Part shown: one piece after another, positions 13,952 through 28,831 of the stretch
How positions within the stretch are numbered: position 1 is the stretch's first letter
Layout: every line of letters begins with the position of its first letter
Origin: Eledone cirrhosa
Lineage: Eukaryota
Length of the DNA: 64,000 nucleotides
Reading direction: 5' to 3'
Assembly: GCA_964016885.1 (NCBI GenBank)
Contig: OZ024740.1
Coordinates: 186,310,001 to 186,374,000 of the forward strand
The notes under the pieces: model-generated
Seen by the model: only the letters and a program-made list of their open reading frames with translations
What the model was told of the DNA's origin: nothing
Database searches by the model: none
Program-made: the position numbers and the translations under genes

Positions 13952-14170
13952 AGCCGTGGAGACTTCAGGTGCCCTTGAACATCTAGGACCAACTAGGACC
14001 ACCAGCATCGGCACAGAGTTTGGCTATCCGCAGGCGTGAGCCTCGCAAGCTGGAATGGCTCTTTCAGCTCGTCTCCTTTGCCGTCTTCTGCGGAAACGCC
14101 TTCTCTATTCTGTCCGCCGGGGCCGTGGGGCGACCAGCGCGTCCAAACACACATACACCTTTGCCTATAA
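13952..14170 (+). mobile_element. CRE-like LINE 3' fragment
   Basis: AVETSG...EPRKLEWLFQLVSFAVFCGNAFSILSAGAV; homologous to 17148-17335. Confidence 0.75.
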
Positions 14171-14554
14171 TAGTGAAAGATGGGGAGAGCGGGGGAGACA
14201 TAGTCAGTGGCAGTTTGGTTCCATTGTGTTCGGAATTGATATATATATCTACCAATTCCGAACACAATGGTTTTGGGGATTTTTTTTAGTTAATTCTATT
14301 GATTGATTAATAGCTCTTGTTAAATTTTAAAACTAATCTGTTGAGAGCTTAATTCGTTTTGTGATATTTTGTAATTTTGCAATAACACACATACTGAATT
14401 CATCCGCTAAAACTAGGGGTTGTCCCCCTTATCGCACCCCACGTGGGTTTTGATAGCGGTCAGTCCTTTGCTTTGCACAGAACTAAATGCCTGTTGAAAA
14501 AGTGACCCCCTTGTTCGATCATCATACGAAAAGCTTAACATTATTTGTTTAAGC

Positions 14555-14745
14555 GGGCGGTGGATTGGCAGTATCGGTAGAGGGTCGGACGCCATGCTTT
14601 CCAGCATAGTTACGTCCCTTTACGATCTGAGTTCAAATCCCGCCGAGGTTGACTTTGCCTTTCATCCTTACGGGGTCGATAAAATAAAGTACCAGTAATG
14701 CACTGGGTAATTGCTGGCCTTGTGCCTATAGTAGAAACAATTATT
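14555..14745 (+). mobile_element. tRNA-derived SINE, full length, 18-bp TSD
   Basis: A-box-like tggcagtatcgg, B box GTTCAAATCC, body gcctttcatccttacggggtcgataaaat; direct repeat attatttgtttaagcggg at 14540-14557 and 14740-14757. Confidence 0.92.
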
Positions 14746-16574
14746 TGTTTAAGCGGGTATAATTTTCAATCATATTTTATTATTCAATCATTTTTTATTT
14801 CAATTATATTTTATTTTATCGTTTCTATGGCTGTGCGGATAATGGTTTAACCATCATCTCAGTGTGTTTGGCCTTTTAACTTACGTTGTTGCTCTAGTAC
14901 ACTAGCTTCTATGGAGTGATTGCCTTACATCTCGGATGTTGTCTTTCGCTAATTTCCAATAGCCGAAATACGATTCTCGCTAATTTATATTTGTATATAT
15001 ATATATATATATTTACCACACCGCCCTATGAAAGATGTTTAAAATGAATTTAATAACCACACGAGTCAAACCTCTCAACTTTAATACAGTGTAACGTTAT
15101 GATCGGTAGAAATCGCCCCTCACACATTTATTTCACTTTTTATCCGCTGTACCTTTCTTCCAGGATACGATGGCCCTCTGAAGTCCTTAAGCTTGAAACC
15201 CCTGCTCCAGAACGAAATATAATTGAAACCTGATAATTATATGAAAAGCAAATAATCAAACAATCACAGAGTTCATTCTATTTAACACCAGGTCACACAT
15301 GATCGAGCAGACTTGACTATCTAAAAAGCTAAATGCAATGCACTAATAATTTCATTATAGAATGTTCTCCTCTTTTCTGTTAGGATATATTTAGTTGCTA
15401 TTTCTAGCAGGTCGAACGGCGGCTTTCCCGTTGATTTAATGACTAAAAAACATTGACGGGGAGGATCAGTAAGCATATGTATTGGGAAGTCCTTGCAAGC
15501 TTTTTAAACACTATTACCGTTTTTATTTAGTATAACTAATATCACATCGTGGACAATAAATATGTTGGACCAACTAATTATTAACTAGTTTTTAACGAAA
15601 TATGTATATAAATTACTTATTTCATGTCTTGGAATAATTAAGATGAAAAAAATATCATTGTTTTTCCTTATTTTATAACATTAGATAGGGACAATGATTA
15701 TGAAGAATAACCGGGTATTATATATTTGTGTGTATGTGTGAGTGTGTGCGTATATATACATATGTCTATGTGTGGAGATGTACATATAAATGTATATAAT
15801 TATGTCTTTCAAGTATCATTTAGGAGACACCATCTGTAACAAGCTTAAATCATTACATTAAACGTTACTGTGATGGTTATTATTGCTGCATAATTTTCCC
15901 TGCGGCTGATTCTTTAGAGAAATCTGAAATTTCTGAAAGATATAGGAAGGCGATTATAACTTTCCTCATTCTAGAGAAACGTGTCACTTTAAAAGCACTT
16001 CAAAGAAAAGCTTCCATTTTCATTGGAGTACTCTCCTTTTGAAGCATGCTTGAAATTATTAACAAGAAATGAGGCGCATTTCTCCTCAACTATATAAGAT
16101 GGAAGTAAATATTTACATGCTCATTCGTCTCTGTTAGAAAGAGAAAGGCGGAATTTGCATGAACAAATGATTATTTTGAGTACTATATCGTGTAGTGGGA
16201 ATGTTGAAGATTTCAGTTTATATGTTACATAATATTAAAATTCAAATCGAGAATTATTTGTTCAATGCATGCGGAGTCACATATTCAGTGACCGGAATTT
16301 AATTCAAAGATAGTTTCATTTAGAGTTACATAACATTTAGTTAAAAGAAATTACATTTCACACCGACAAGGTTTCCGTCATATTTGTGGAGAAAGCTACA
16401 AAAATGCTATTTGTTCTATCCTAGACTGTTCTGAGTTGACTGAAGGATATTTTACATATGAGTTTTATGAAGGTAACATAAATATATCTAAGGATCAAGA
16501 TTTCGAAGAAAAAAACGTATCTTAATTATTTTTAATATTTAAAAAAGATATAATTTTACTATATTTAAATAACA

Positions 16575-17400
16575 GAACTTCCGAGCCTTGCCTCAGACAG
16601 GCTCACGCGCCAGCTCGACCAGCACCGGTTTGCCTCTTTTCGCGCGGCCTCCAAACCCCACACTGGTGCCTGGCTCCATGCCTTGCCATCCTTCTCCACT
16701 GGCACGCAGCTGGATAACGATAGCCTGCGCATCGGTGTTTCCTTGAGGCATGGACTCCAGATCTGCGATCCACAAAAATGTCTCTGTGGATCCACCGTGG
16801 ACTCTTTCGGACTCCACCCGCTTTCCTGTCGCCACAGTGCCGGCCGCTTTCCACGCCATGCTGCCCTCAACGAGGTCATTAAGCATGGCTTGGACGCTGC
16901 AGGCTTCCCCTCCCAGCTCGAGCCAGTGGGGCTAGACCGAGGAGATGGCAAAAGGCCAGACAATATGACCATCTTCCCGTTCCGCGGTGGCAAACCCCTC
17001 GTCTGGGATGCCACTTGCAACGACACTTTCTCCAGCCGCAACCTGGTGCAGTCTGTGATTAACCCAGGTACAGCTGCACGTCGGGCTGAGAAGGCCAAAC
17101 TCTCCAAGTACCGGTCAGTCTCCGACAGGTTCGCGGTCGTACCTTTGGCAGTGGAGACTTCTGGTGTCCTTGTTTCTAGGGCTACCTCCCTATTCACCTC
17201 CATAGGCGCTGAGCTGACCAGCCGCAGATGTGATCCTCGCAAGTAGGAATGGCTCTTCCAGCGCATATCCTTTACCCTCCTCCTGGGAAACGCCTTCTCC
17301 ATCCTGTCCGCCGGGGCTGTGGAGAGGCCAGCATGTGGGACCCCATTTGCTCACCATACGGATTAATAGGCAGTTATAAACTATTGTAAATAAATGATTA
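16575..17400 (+). mobile_element. CRE-clade non-LTR retrotransposon 3' fragment (CCHC knuckle + restriction-like endonuclease), disabled
   Basis: ORF 16683-17246: CLCGSTVDSFGLHPLSC, RH, GKRPD...LVWDATC, AEKAKLSKY, PLAVETSG. In-frame TAG at 17244 followed by EWLFQRISFTLLLGNA. Confidence 0.85.
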
Positions 17401-17934
17401 TATATATATATTATAATAACAGATTAAAGTTTAAACATTTATTTCACTTTAGTGAATAAAGGAATAAAGAATGAGATTACTACAAATCATAAAAGTTGAA
17501 AAAAAAAAAAGTCATATGAATTTATCATATTTCAGATAAACTGCTTTAAAACGGTGATGAGAATCTTTAGTTAGTTTGGGAATATAGTTTCGGAATTCTT
17601 GCATCAAAGTAATTCAAAAAATGTCCAGGTTGAGCTTCATAAAATATAAATGAACAAATTAAAAACTAATAAATAATTGTATTCTTGCATTTCTTTTGGG
17701 GGGACTATGGTTCAAAATACATTGTTTCTTTTTTTTTGTTTTTGTTTTTTTTTGTTTCTGACTACCGCACTAATTTACATAAGATTCTAAATCAAATATT
17801 TTTCTCCTCCGTAATATTTCCAATATCTATTGAAGTACTTGGGTGCATACAATCATAATTTTGTTTTCTTTGTCTGTCACTGACTAAAACGTACAGTTCC
17901 AACAAAACCTGAGATGAAAAAAATAATATTAATA

Positions 17935-18032
17935 ATGATAATGAGGATAATGATGATGATGATGATGATTATGATGATGACGATGACGATGACGATGATG
18001 ATGATGATGATGATTTGGAGGAGGAGGAGGAG
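17935..18032. repeat. (GAT)n/(GAC)n/(GAG)n microsatellite
   Basis: Direct reading. Confidence 0.9.
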
Positions 18033-19363
18033 GAAATACAGTAATATAATAATTGTCACTTATGATTTTGATACCTTTGGAATATGTATAATGAAATAAT
18101 TTCCTATCATTTCCCATTGTTAAAACCTCTGACTTTACATCCAGTTCTGAAACTAATATTAGAATATGGATTCTGTAATTTCACGCTGATAAATTGAAGT
18201 CCCCTCCGCAAAAATTATATTTAATAGCGAATAGATGAAACTATGATAGACGCTACCATTAACCTTTAAATACGTCGTGAGATTAGATGAAAATCTATAA
18301 CTATGAACGTGTATTCATTTCGCGAATGTTTGTTCTCAGACCAACTTGTACGAAAATATGATACTTTATTTGATTGTTATCTCATCATCAACACGTAATT
18401 TTATTCTTTACTGTTAAACCCAGAACAATTTTAGTATTAATTGCATAATAATCTTACTGAAAGGTTAATACTCTAGTATAGACTGATAAATATTCGTATA
18501 ACTAAAAACAAATTATTTCCAAACACCATTTTATGTGAAATGAGGTACAATATGCTGCCATATCAACGTTCGCTTTCTGTAACACAATATGTCTATTTTA
18601 ATAGAAATCAAGTGATTCATTGCGGTCAAGTGATTTACTCCTCTCGTTTATATTCCCCAAATCAAATAAGGCATCACATCAGAGGACGTTTGTCATGATA
18701 CCAACAAGCATTTCATGGAAGAGTTCGCCATATTTTAGCCAAAATTGTTCAAATACATCAAACTCACTGACAATATCGGTATAAAATTATGAGGCATTAT
18801 ATCATGGTATCTGACTTGGCCTAACGTCATCTTAGTCTTTTGAAAATGTTTAAACAGCTGACGAATCAGCAAATGTTATTGGCAAACGAACACACTGGCT
18901 TGCAAATGGTACACTTATAGGGCAAATAACTATGTTATCAGTCAATATTGAATGGAATATGTGAGGAAAATGGTGAGATAACATTTCATCAATAACTCGT
19001 TGTTTATAAACATACTGGAATATTGATTCTCCCCTTCAGAATCTGAATAATCTAAAGTACATTTTAGAATATTTATTACCATTGCCAGTCCTTCCAGAAT
19101 CATGTAAGAAGCATGTATTTGTTTAAATTGATTAAATTTGTAATTATTTATAATTCTTTTATTCAGATCTAAAATTTCAAAACAGTTGTATTATTTCGTA
19201 AGGAATATTTAAAAGAAAATACGGTTTCGTTTAATTACGGGTTAGCACATAATATTATTAAAACGTGTAGTACAAGTTCACATATTAGATTAGACTTTTA
19301 GCGTTTTATATTATTGAAAAAGTGGATTGGTTTCTATTTGTGAACTTGCATTTTATTAGAAAT

Positions 19364-19470
19364 TATCATCATCATCATCATCATCACAATCATCATCATC
19401 ATCAACACCATCATCATCAGTGTCATCATCCCCATCAACATCATTACCATCGTCATCATTGTCATCATCA
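19364..19470. repeat. Degenerate (CAT)n microsatellite
   Basis: Direct reading; explains the poly-His and poly-Met ORFs. Confidence 0.9.
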
Positions 19471-19719
19471 TTGCCGTTGCTGTAGTTGTTATCTCTGTAG
19501 TTTTGTTGTTATTAACTTTTCTGCACTGCAAATTTGCAAAAGGCTCCCAGTGTAGTGCGTGTTTGCGTTGCAATTTCGATTTCCAATTTCGTCACTTCTG
19601 TTATCTCGCTCCACTTATCTTCTCTCTCATTATGGTTGTTGAAACCTCTCATTTTAAATATCTTCTTTACGTTCCGTACAATGTCCCATTAATACCTCTC
19701 TCACATTTCTATTTCTCTG

Positions 19720-19850
<131 letters not shown>

Positions 19851-19894
19851 TATATATGTGTGTGTATACGAAGACGCGCACGCTCCACACACTC

Positions 19895-19926
<32 letters not shown>

Positions 19927-19952
19927 ATGTATGTATGTATGTATGTATGTCG

Positions 19953-20090
19953 TCTTATCATAGAAACGACTTCAACGGGACTGACTAGAATAGTTCCATT
20001 CCTAATAAATAATCGGGAAAGGACATTTCTGGTAGTTTCTCACGAATTGAACAGTTCTAGTCCTGTAGAAGCCATTTCTATAATAAAATG
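19953..20090. mobile_element. Diverged inverted-repeat element
   Basis: ttatcatagaaacgacttc...gactagaa versus ttctagtcctgtagaagccatttctataataa; related to 51126-51195 (gaaacagttctagtcctgcagaa). Confidence 0.5.
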
Positions 20091-20151
20091 AATATACCTA
20101 TATTCTACTAATGTATTGAGTACGTTTTTGATATTTGGATCTTACATATAT

Positions 20152-20282
20152 ATGTATAATCCCGAACACGCCATCAAGGGGTCGCGATTATACCTACCTA
20201 GAAACCCACTCTGCGTCTCCCCATGCATTGAGTACTCCCATTACTTGTTATCTCTTACTTCTCGGCCTCACTGACTCTATCT
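20152..20282 (+). mobile_element. Short TA-flanked hairpin-plus-tail element with GAGTACTC
   Basis: tataatcccga...tcgcgattata hairpin; ccatgcattgagtactc resembles ccatggactgagtgctc (reverse complement of 51735-51751). Confidence 0.45.
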
Positions 20283-20285
20283 ATA

Positions 20286-20326
<41 letters not shown>

Positions 20327-21452
20327 GTGTGTGTGTGGGGGGGGTGGCGTATGTATATATATATTTGGCTGGTGGTATATTTATGATCATATGTGAACGT
20401 ATGCGCATATTCACACACATATCATACTGCCATTAAAAAGCCGTTTCTTGCAAAACACTGATGTAATTGTACATAAGAAATTTTGCAATATATAAAAATA
20501 TAAATTAAACCTTTCAGAGCGTACAGATATTGCTGAAGTTTTCAGACTAGAGCATAAACGCCTTTACAATTGTAATAAAGAGACGTTCTGAAAATCAGGA
20601 AGAGAATAACTGAATTTTATTGTCAAATAAAAATAGCACTACCATCAATAACTCTAAATACGATCAGTTTCACTGTGCTTGGTCTTTGCACGTTCCAGCC
20701 ATTGATATGGCTCACTACACAGCAACGTGTGTATATTTTGTTTTTATACTCACAGCGGCTTGGTGAATAACTATCATATCTTCATATATTGGAGAAAAAA
20801 TAGTCTTAGTACAAGAGTTAGAATAGATTCAACGCCCCACATGTATCCCCTTCTCCTGCATACATACGCACGCACATATACAGGTATTCTCTGCACATAC
20901 ATAAGCATTATGTGTACATACACAGGCATTCTGTGCACAGACATACACGCAATTAATGCTTCGTACTTTTAGACTTATAATATTGATTTCTGGACAGTTT
21001 CCGCTTATGTGAGCATGATAGTGTGTGTATCTCTCTGTCTATATGTGTATGTAAATACACATATATATGTGTATGTGTGTATGCGTATGTGTGCGCATGC
21101 GTGTGTGTGTTTATGTGAGGAGAGAAAAATCTATAGAGTGAGAGAGATAGATCAACTGGGAGAACGAGCGATTGGGAGATGATTTTTTTTATAGGATTCG
21201 TGGAAGACATCAAAATCCGATTGTTTTCAACGAGGAAAATCAGTTTTTGAAAGCTGAAGAAATACTTACTATATACTTCGCAGAATATCACACGTCAGCA
21301 GTCTTAGTACAATACACAACTTCTAATTTTACATTACTACGAGACAACTATATTCTAGAAGGATATTAAACACGATTTTTATTGCTAGTTAATATCTATT
21401 CTGATATCATTAGAAAATATCCTGTTATAGTTACTTGCCATTATTTAGCCCT

Positions 21453-21642
21453 GGGCGGTGGATTGGCAGTATCGGTAGAGAGTCGGACACCATACTTTGC
21501 ATCATAGTTACGGTCCTTTATGATCCGAATTCAAATCCCGCCGAGGTTAACTTTGCCTTTCATCCTTACGGGGTTGATAAAATAAAGTACCAGTAATGTA
21601 CTGAGTAATTGCTGGCTTTGTGCCAAAAGTAGAAACAATTAT
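21453..21642 (+). mobile_element. tRNA-derived SINE, full length, 13-bp TSD
   Basis: Same family as 14555; direct repeat attatttagccct at 21440-21452 and 21638-21650. Confidence 0.92.
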
Positions 21643-22774
21643 TTAGCCCTATTCAATGCACCTTATCTTGCATTTTCTTCTAGAATTGATCACAATTCTT
21701 AGAATTCTAAACACATTTTACCTTATAGGAGTGTTTACCAGTGATCTAGTCTTACATTTCAATGCGCTTCACTATGTCCAATTAAATAACATGAACAAAA
21801 GCTCAGCTAACAATCTAGAGATGAATCGATGGAAGGAAACCAAACATGATATGATAAAATGCATCACTTTATATATCATATGGGTATAGACCATTAAATC
21901 TGCTCTATATTTGATCCGTTGATCCGATGAATTGTCCATAGTGATATAACGTATTTGTTCCGATCGCTAATGTTCTGAGTTCCGGCAAAGCTAAATTGGC
22001 TTTTTTCATCTTTCTGTGAGTGATAAAACAAAGTATTCCGGTGGAATAGCTAGAGGCCTTGAAAGGCTGCTTAGTCAGATTTGTTTAACATTTTGTATTC
22101 TGTGTCTTCTTGGGTGGTACACGGATTCTATTGCCTGGTTTAAAATTACCATTCGTCCAATGGAATGTTCTCTGTTGCAAGAATTCGGGACAGAATCGTT
22201 TATACTTTAGTCTCCACTTATCTCGAAGGAACTGAACTCTTCAAATATCGACTTATATAGTGATACGAATTTAAAAATATGTTGAAATATATTTACTTAT
22301 TCGCATTAATAAGTAGCAGATGTGATATTGTTTGATCCACAGATCAGCTCTGATGCGGTAAATCTAAGATGAAAGGGGTAACAGCGATGACCAAATTTAT
22401 ATATATATATGTATATGTGTGTGTGTATGTATGTATGTGTGTGTGTCTGTATGTGTGTGTCTGTTTGTGTATCTGTGTATGTGTGTGTCTGTGTGTATGT
22501 GTGCGTGTGTATATCAGAGAATATATTGTCTAATATTTCCTTTTTTATGAAGGTGTTATTTGATATGTATTTTTGTCCATCTGAATTTAAATCCTACGAG
22601 ATAGACTTTGCTTTTCATCTCACTGACATTGGTTAATTTAATACATGTCAATTTTTTTAATTTTGATTTGGTTATAGGCAGGTCTTATGCGTTGTTGAGA
22701 TTGATATATAACTCGTAAATTTATTCACGTTTATTATTATCATTAATTCTACCATTCCCCCACATTCTGTCTCT

Positions 22775-22882
22775 ATCCCGCCGAGGTTAACTTTGCCTTT
22801 CATCCTTACGGGGTCGATAAAATAAAGTACCAGTAATGTACTGGGTAATTGCTGGCCTTGTGCCTAAAGTAGAAACAATTAT
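22775..22882 (+). mobile_element. SINE, 5'-truncated
   Basis: Starts within the B box; flanked by tgtctcta direct repeats. Confidence 0.9.
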
Positions 22883-25549
22883 GTCTCTACTTGCTATAAT
22901 TTACCCTGCCACTGACGCTCATGTTATTTTTCCTAATGCTATTCACTCTACTTCATTTTCCATCTTCTCTTACTTCCACACTGTCTGTTTCTTGTGACAG
23001 CTCATAAATACATGAAGCAAATTATTAGAACTGGGTGAAGATGGTGTTATTGTTTAACACCGGATCCACCCTGATTGAGCCGATCGGTGATGAATTGCAT
23101 TCTAGGTATGACTAACCCACATTTATGTATTATATAATTGCTTGTATTATATAATGTGTGCTTCTTTATTTAAGTGATGGGATTTGAGATAGATTTGGTT
23201 AATATTTTTAACAGTGTGAACGACCGAATACAAGCTCCTAACCAGAAAACCTAAAACCCCGAAACTAAAAACTAATAAGAATTCAAATATACACCTTCGC
23301 ACACATGCGAATATATTAAATACATGCCACTAAATTCTCCTGAGGACTAATTCTATCCGCTATTTTGTATTTTTACAAACCAAGGTGTGACGATGCAGGA
23401 ACTTCTATTAAATCTATTCATTTGCAGGAAATGGCAGCCAGATTACACCCTAACGTCTTTAAACAGGGAGGCACATTAAATAATATAACCCTAGAAGTCA
23501 CGTTTTTATTACTGTATCTAAAACACGATAATGGAATAGTTTCGGTTGGGCAAAGTCGATCATGCTTAAGCTGGTGTTCATTAAAAACAATACTTAAAGC
23601 AGAATAAATCAATGAGGGAGACCATATGAGATCGCTATTATACAGAAAGATTTCTGTCAAATCTCGTCAAATCAATATCCAAATACTTCGAAAAATCGAA
23701 GACGGTATGATCATGGCTGAATCCCGGTTAATCACAGATTCGCCAGGTGAGAGCTGTCCTGACTAAACAACACATACGGCAACAATATATTTAACTAGTA
23801 AACATCTCTCTAAACAGTGTTAGAAAACATTTCATATAGTAAGAGATAACTCGTCATTTGGATATCGAAATAGTAATATTTCTTCAAGATAGGGAAAATT
23901 CGACATTTTGATCAAGTAATAACTTTTTATAACCAGTCGAAATGTTGCTTTGCGTTGATATATTTATTATATCCACATGAATACTTCTGAAGAGGTTCGT
24001 TCTTAAAATGACGTCCGTAGTTGAAATTGGATGGATAACAAGTGACATTTGGAAGATATTTCAATAACATTGTGACATCATATTAGCAGATACTCCAAAT
24101 GAAAATAATTTCGTTCATATATATATATATATATATGTATATGCCAATAGCCATTTGAGGGGATTCATTTAACAGACGTGCTATAAATGTAAATATATAA
24201 GTGTGTGTGTTTGTGTTTGTAGGTATATGTAGGAGATTGTATGCAACCTAGCCACGCGCAATCACACACACGCACACATATAGAACTATATATAATCATT
24301 GAAAAAGTATGTGACTATCCATTTCAATGTATTCAAACGTGCCATAAATGTGAATATACATGTGTGTGCGTGTATGTGTGTGTGTATTTGTGTGTGTTTT
24401 TCGTTATATATAAAAGATTGTGCGCAACATACCTTCCTAAGCGCAGTCATACCCACACACAGAAATACATATGTATTTATATATATATATTTCATACATA
24501 CACCAATAGACATATACATACCTACAGACATATTCATAAATACAAATATATTTACATACAGACACATATATAACATATATATATGTGTGTGTGTATGCGT
24601 GCGTGCGTGTGCGCGCGCGCGCGCGTGTGTGTATAGTACAGACACGCATACAGATATAATCCCTTTGCAACATTTTCGCCTACATCAGGAAAAAGCTTAT
24701 CAATATACAGTTAAATAATTTCTATCATCCTATCTCTTTGGATGACTGTATAGTGTAAAGAAATCGATTAGATACATAATAATCTAGGCTGTGTCCCTCT
24801 CTCTACATCAAAGCACCGAAATATTATCGTGTTATTTCTAATTACTTTTATTACAGCATTTTCAGTGAAGTTACTTTTAAAAGTAAAGTTGTTCCGATAG
24901 TAAACTTCAAAGTGATACCGTAGGAGACGATATCAACAGAATAAATTTGTACGGAAATTCGTAGGGCGGTCAGATTTACAGTCATGATACTGTGTTGTAG
25001 TGTGATAAATCAGCAGAATTTCCACGTGGAAATTAGATGTTTAGGTTATCTTCTTACGACTGCCTTATTATGGAGCAGGTTAAGGAAGATTGTTCACTGA
25101 TAAGATAATCAGCTAGTTCCTCTCTCCTTCTAACCAAAGTAAAATTAGATACAACAATCTTTTATTATCACATTAATTTCCCACTTACTATTGAGAATGG
25201 TTATAGATGTCTTCGGCAGAATGTAATATATTTATTCTCCTGGTATTCTATTTTATAAGTTATATTTTATAATATGTAATATTGCAAGTTTAATTATGTG
25301 TGGCAAGAACATTATTTCTGTTTGATTAATTAGGAAAATTCTTCGTACGTAGCAATTGTTGAAAATCGATGAGACCTGAACTGTAACCAACGATCTTCCG
25401 AGAAACTCTGGAATAGAATCGTTTCACCAGATCTACGATTACTCTGATGCTAAGAATTTTTGCTCAAACTGGCCCACTCGATGATGAACAACTTCAATGC
25501 ACACATACATGCACTCATACACAATACACACACGCGCACGTGCACACAT

Positions 25550-25634
<85 letters not shown>

Positions 25635-25684
25635 TGTATGTATGTATATATACATATATGTGTGTGTGTGTGTATATATGTATT

Positions 25685-25718
<34 letters not shown>

Positions 25719-26351
25719 TATATGTGGGTGTGTGCGTGTGTGTATATATATTTATATGTATGGTACTTTTCGACCAACAAATAGAAGTAGAAATTTCAAG
25801 ACAATCTGGAGGCCTACTCTATAAAAACACAACCGAACTTTGGAGAGAAGGTTGTGAAAATGAAGAACTCATATTTGTTCAGCAATGGGGAAAACATGAT
25901 GTTTCATTCAGCCATTATGAAAGGAAATCCCAAAACGAACACCATACTGATAGCCCATTCCTATAAAAAGTAATTCATAAACTACACTCACAACCAACAA
26001 CACCAGTATCAAAATGTCAAATCTCCACTCACCAACGTTATAGTGACGATTCCAGAACTTTGGACAACAAAATACCCCAACTAAAAGAATCCACATCTTC
26101 CTTTCCTCAACAAGTATTTGTTCCGAAACCGTACATCCCAACATACACAAAGGAACAGAAACTACAACCCACAATACAATTCTAAATAGGAACAACAACA
26201 ATCTGCAACTAAGAATATCCAAAATTACTATAAAAGACTACACAATAAGAGAAAAATGCCATGGGTTACATAAATACCCAAGAAAGGAAAACGTCGAAAG
26301 ATCATTTTTTGACCAAGTCGACAGAATCAGCGACAATCGGTGGTTAAAAAA

Positions 26352-26533
26352 AATAATTGTTTCTACTTTAGGCACAAGGCCAGCAATCACCCAGTGCATC
26401 ACTGCTACTTTATTTTATCGACCCCATAAGGATGAAAGGCAAAGTCAACCTCGGCGGGATTTGAACTCAGATCGTAAAGGGACGTAACTATGCTGGAAAG
26501 CATGGCGTCCCACCCTCTACCGATACTGCCAAT
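26352..26533 (-). mobile_element. SINE
   Basis: Reverse complement of the 14555 family. Confidence 0.9.
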
Positions 26534-26534
26534 T

Positions 26535-27260
26535 GATCAACCCAACAAATCAAAATTGTCTCAAAGAGATTTAAATTCACTCCAACACCACAAAATTCCA
26601 ACCTTAATGAGATACATAATGAGATTTCACACTTCTGTAGATAATTACGCCTATCAGTGGAATCTTTTGACAGAGAAAACTGTGACGAGACAATTGAATG
26701 GAATAAAAGCAACTACAAATCTACAAATAACGCCTTGAAGATATGGTGTGACTACATATCAACTTTCCCATTCAATGAGTTGCCACACCCTAAACCTAAA
26801 TTCAACAGCAGGCGAAAGGAATGGGAAATTATTCACTGATTGAAAAACAATCCCGACAAGATAGTTAGGAAGGCAGATAAGGGAAGTACTGTCGTCAGTA
26901 TTTATGTTGAATGCTATACAAATTCTATAACTTCTCACCTACAAGAAACTTCCTATCAAAAAAGGTAAACAATTACCATCAATCAAACACGGTGACCAGA
27001 CTTGTTTTTCAACATCAAACAGAAAGTCTTACTTTTTAAAGCTTTTGGATTAAAAACCTAGCAATCCTTACGGACTTCCGAAAATTCACAACAGCAAAAT
27101 TATTAACGATGCCTGTAAAGAATCGATTTCAACCTGCATAAACTTACAACACCCCAACGACCTTAATTTAAGACCAATTATAACTGGCCCAAATTGTGAA
27201 ACACACCGACACAGTAAATCTATAGACATATTACTTGAACCAGCTGCCTAAACGCGTCAA
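26535..27260 (+). pseudogene. Decayed PLE reverse transcriptase N-terminal region
   Basis: Frameshifted motifs SKRFKFTPT, NNPDKIVRKADKGSTVV, YGLPKIHNS and LRPIITGPNCETH, matching the PLE ADKG, GLPKIHK and RPI motifs. May extend left to ~25760. Confidence 0.8.
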
Positions 27261-28232
27261 CAGAGACACTATTATTGTAGCTTTTGACTCCCTCGCATTA
27301 CCATCTGGTGGTGTTAGTGTATCATTCTTTCTCACTGGCAGCTGTAACTTCTATTCGTTTACTGGGTAATAGTATAAATCCAACTTTGTTTTTTAGATAA
27401 CAATAAATTAGAAAGATTATTTTAAATAATGTTTTATTCATCCTCAGTGAACCTAAATTTACGTTTTATGTTTCGTTTTATAAACAAGGCGTTTATACCT
27501 ATATCTTCGTTTCTCTTTTTCCTTATTTTCACCAAATTAAAAATGCGCATGAAAGCGTTATAGATAAATGATTAAAAAAATCGATAACTATTATGCGTTA
27601 AACCAACGAAGGTAGACTAAACATTACATTTATTAATATTTTGAACTTTTAAAATAATATTACATATTTTTACTCAGTAAATTTAGATGATTTACGCTCA
27701 TATTCATTATATAATGCAAGACCAAGTACAACAGAAGAGATTTCAATTTCCCTTCATCATCACACTGTTCAATTATATATATATATTTATATATATATAT
27801 ACACATATATGTGTGTGTGTGTGTGAGTGTGTGTGTGTGTGTTTGGGTGTGTCTGTGTATGTGGGTGTGCTTGTGTGGGTGTGGGTGTGCTTGTGTGGGT
27901 GTACACTTGGACGAAATCAGTAAATGGCATTATATCCTATGCTTAAACAGACCGAACAGTAAATCCATTGGTTTACTGACCAAACAATGTTTATCAAATC
28001 AACCCTTTAACTATTCTGTTATTATTTGATTTTATCTTCCAACTGATCAAACTACCTTCTCTTTTTAATAACGTCCTCTGGTTTCTTAAGACTATGTCAA
28101 CACAACCCGTCGTCTTTAAGTAAATATAGTCGAAATGTATTCTATTGTATGGCATTCTATTGAAGGACCACTAGTTTTTAATTCATTTCACTGAGTCACA
28201 AGGCTTTAACACGTAGGAATTCCCACACACTC

Positions 28233-28288
<56 letters not shown>

Positions 28289-28327
28289 TTATATATATAT
28301 ATGATACATATATATGATATATATATA

Positions 28328-28370
<43 letters not shown>

Positions 28371-28457
28371 GATATATATATATATATATTTATATATGAT
28401 ATATATATATATTTATTTATTTATATATTTATTTATTTATATATATATATATTTATT

Positions 28458-28564
<107 letters not shown>

Positions 28565-28786
28565 AGAGAGCCAGAAAGCGAAAGACAAATGAACAGAAAA
28601 CACTCAGATAAATAGACTTACGAATAAGGAGAGTAATTGAGATTGAGGAGTGTGAGGCGTCAAAATAAAGAATACAGCAGGAGTTGAACGAATTGAATCA
28701 ATCGATGATGGAGCGATACAAAGAAAACATCCTCATACACACAGACACATACACACACACGTGTATACATACAATCATATATATGT

Positions 28787-28829
<43 letters not shown>

Positions 28830-28831
<2 letters not shown>

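Noticed and set aside
14560-14650. tRNA gene
   Set aside because: A and B boxes belong to a multicopy SINE head; no full cloverleaf.
16565-17302. 245-aa minus-strand ORF
   Set aside because: Antisense shadow of the GC-rich CRE coding strand; no recognisable motif.
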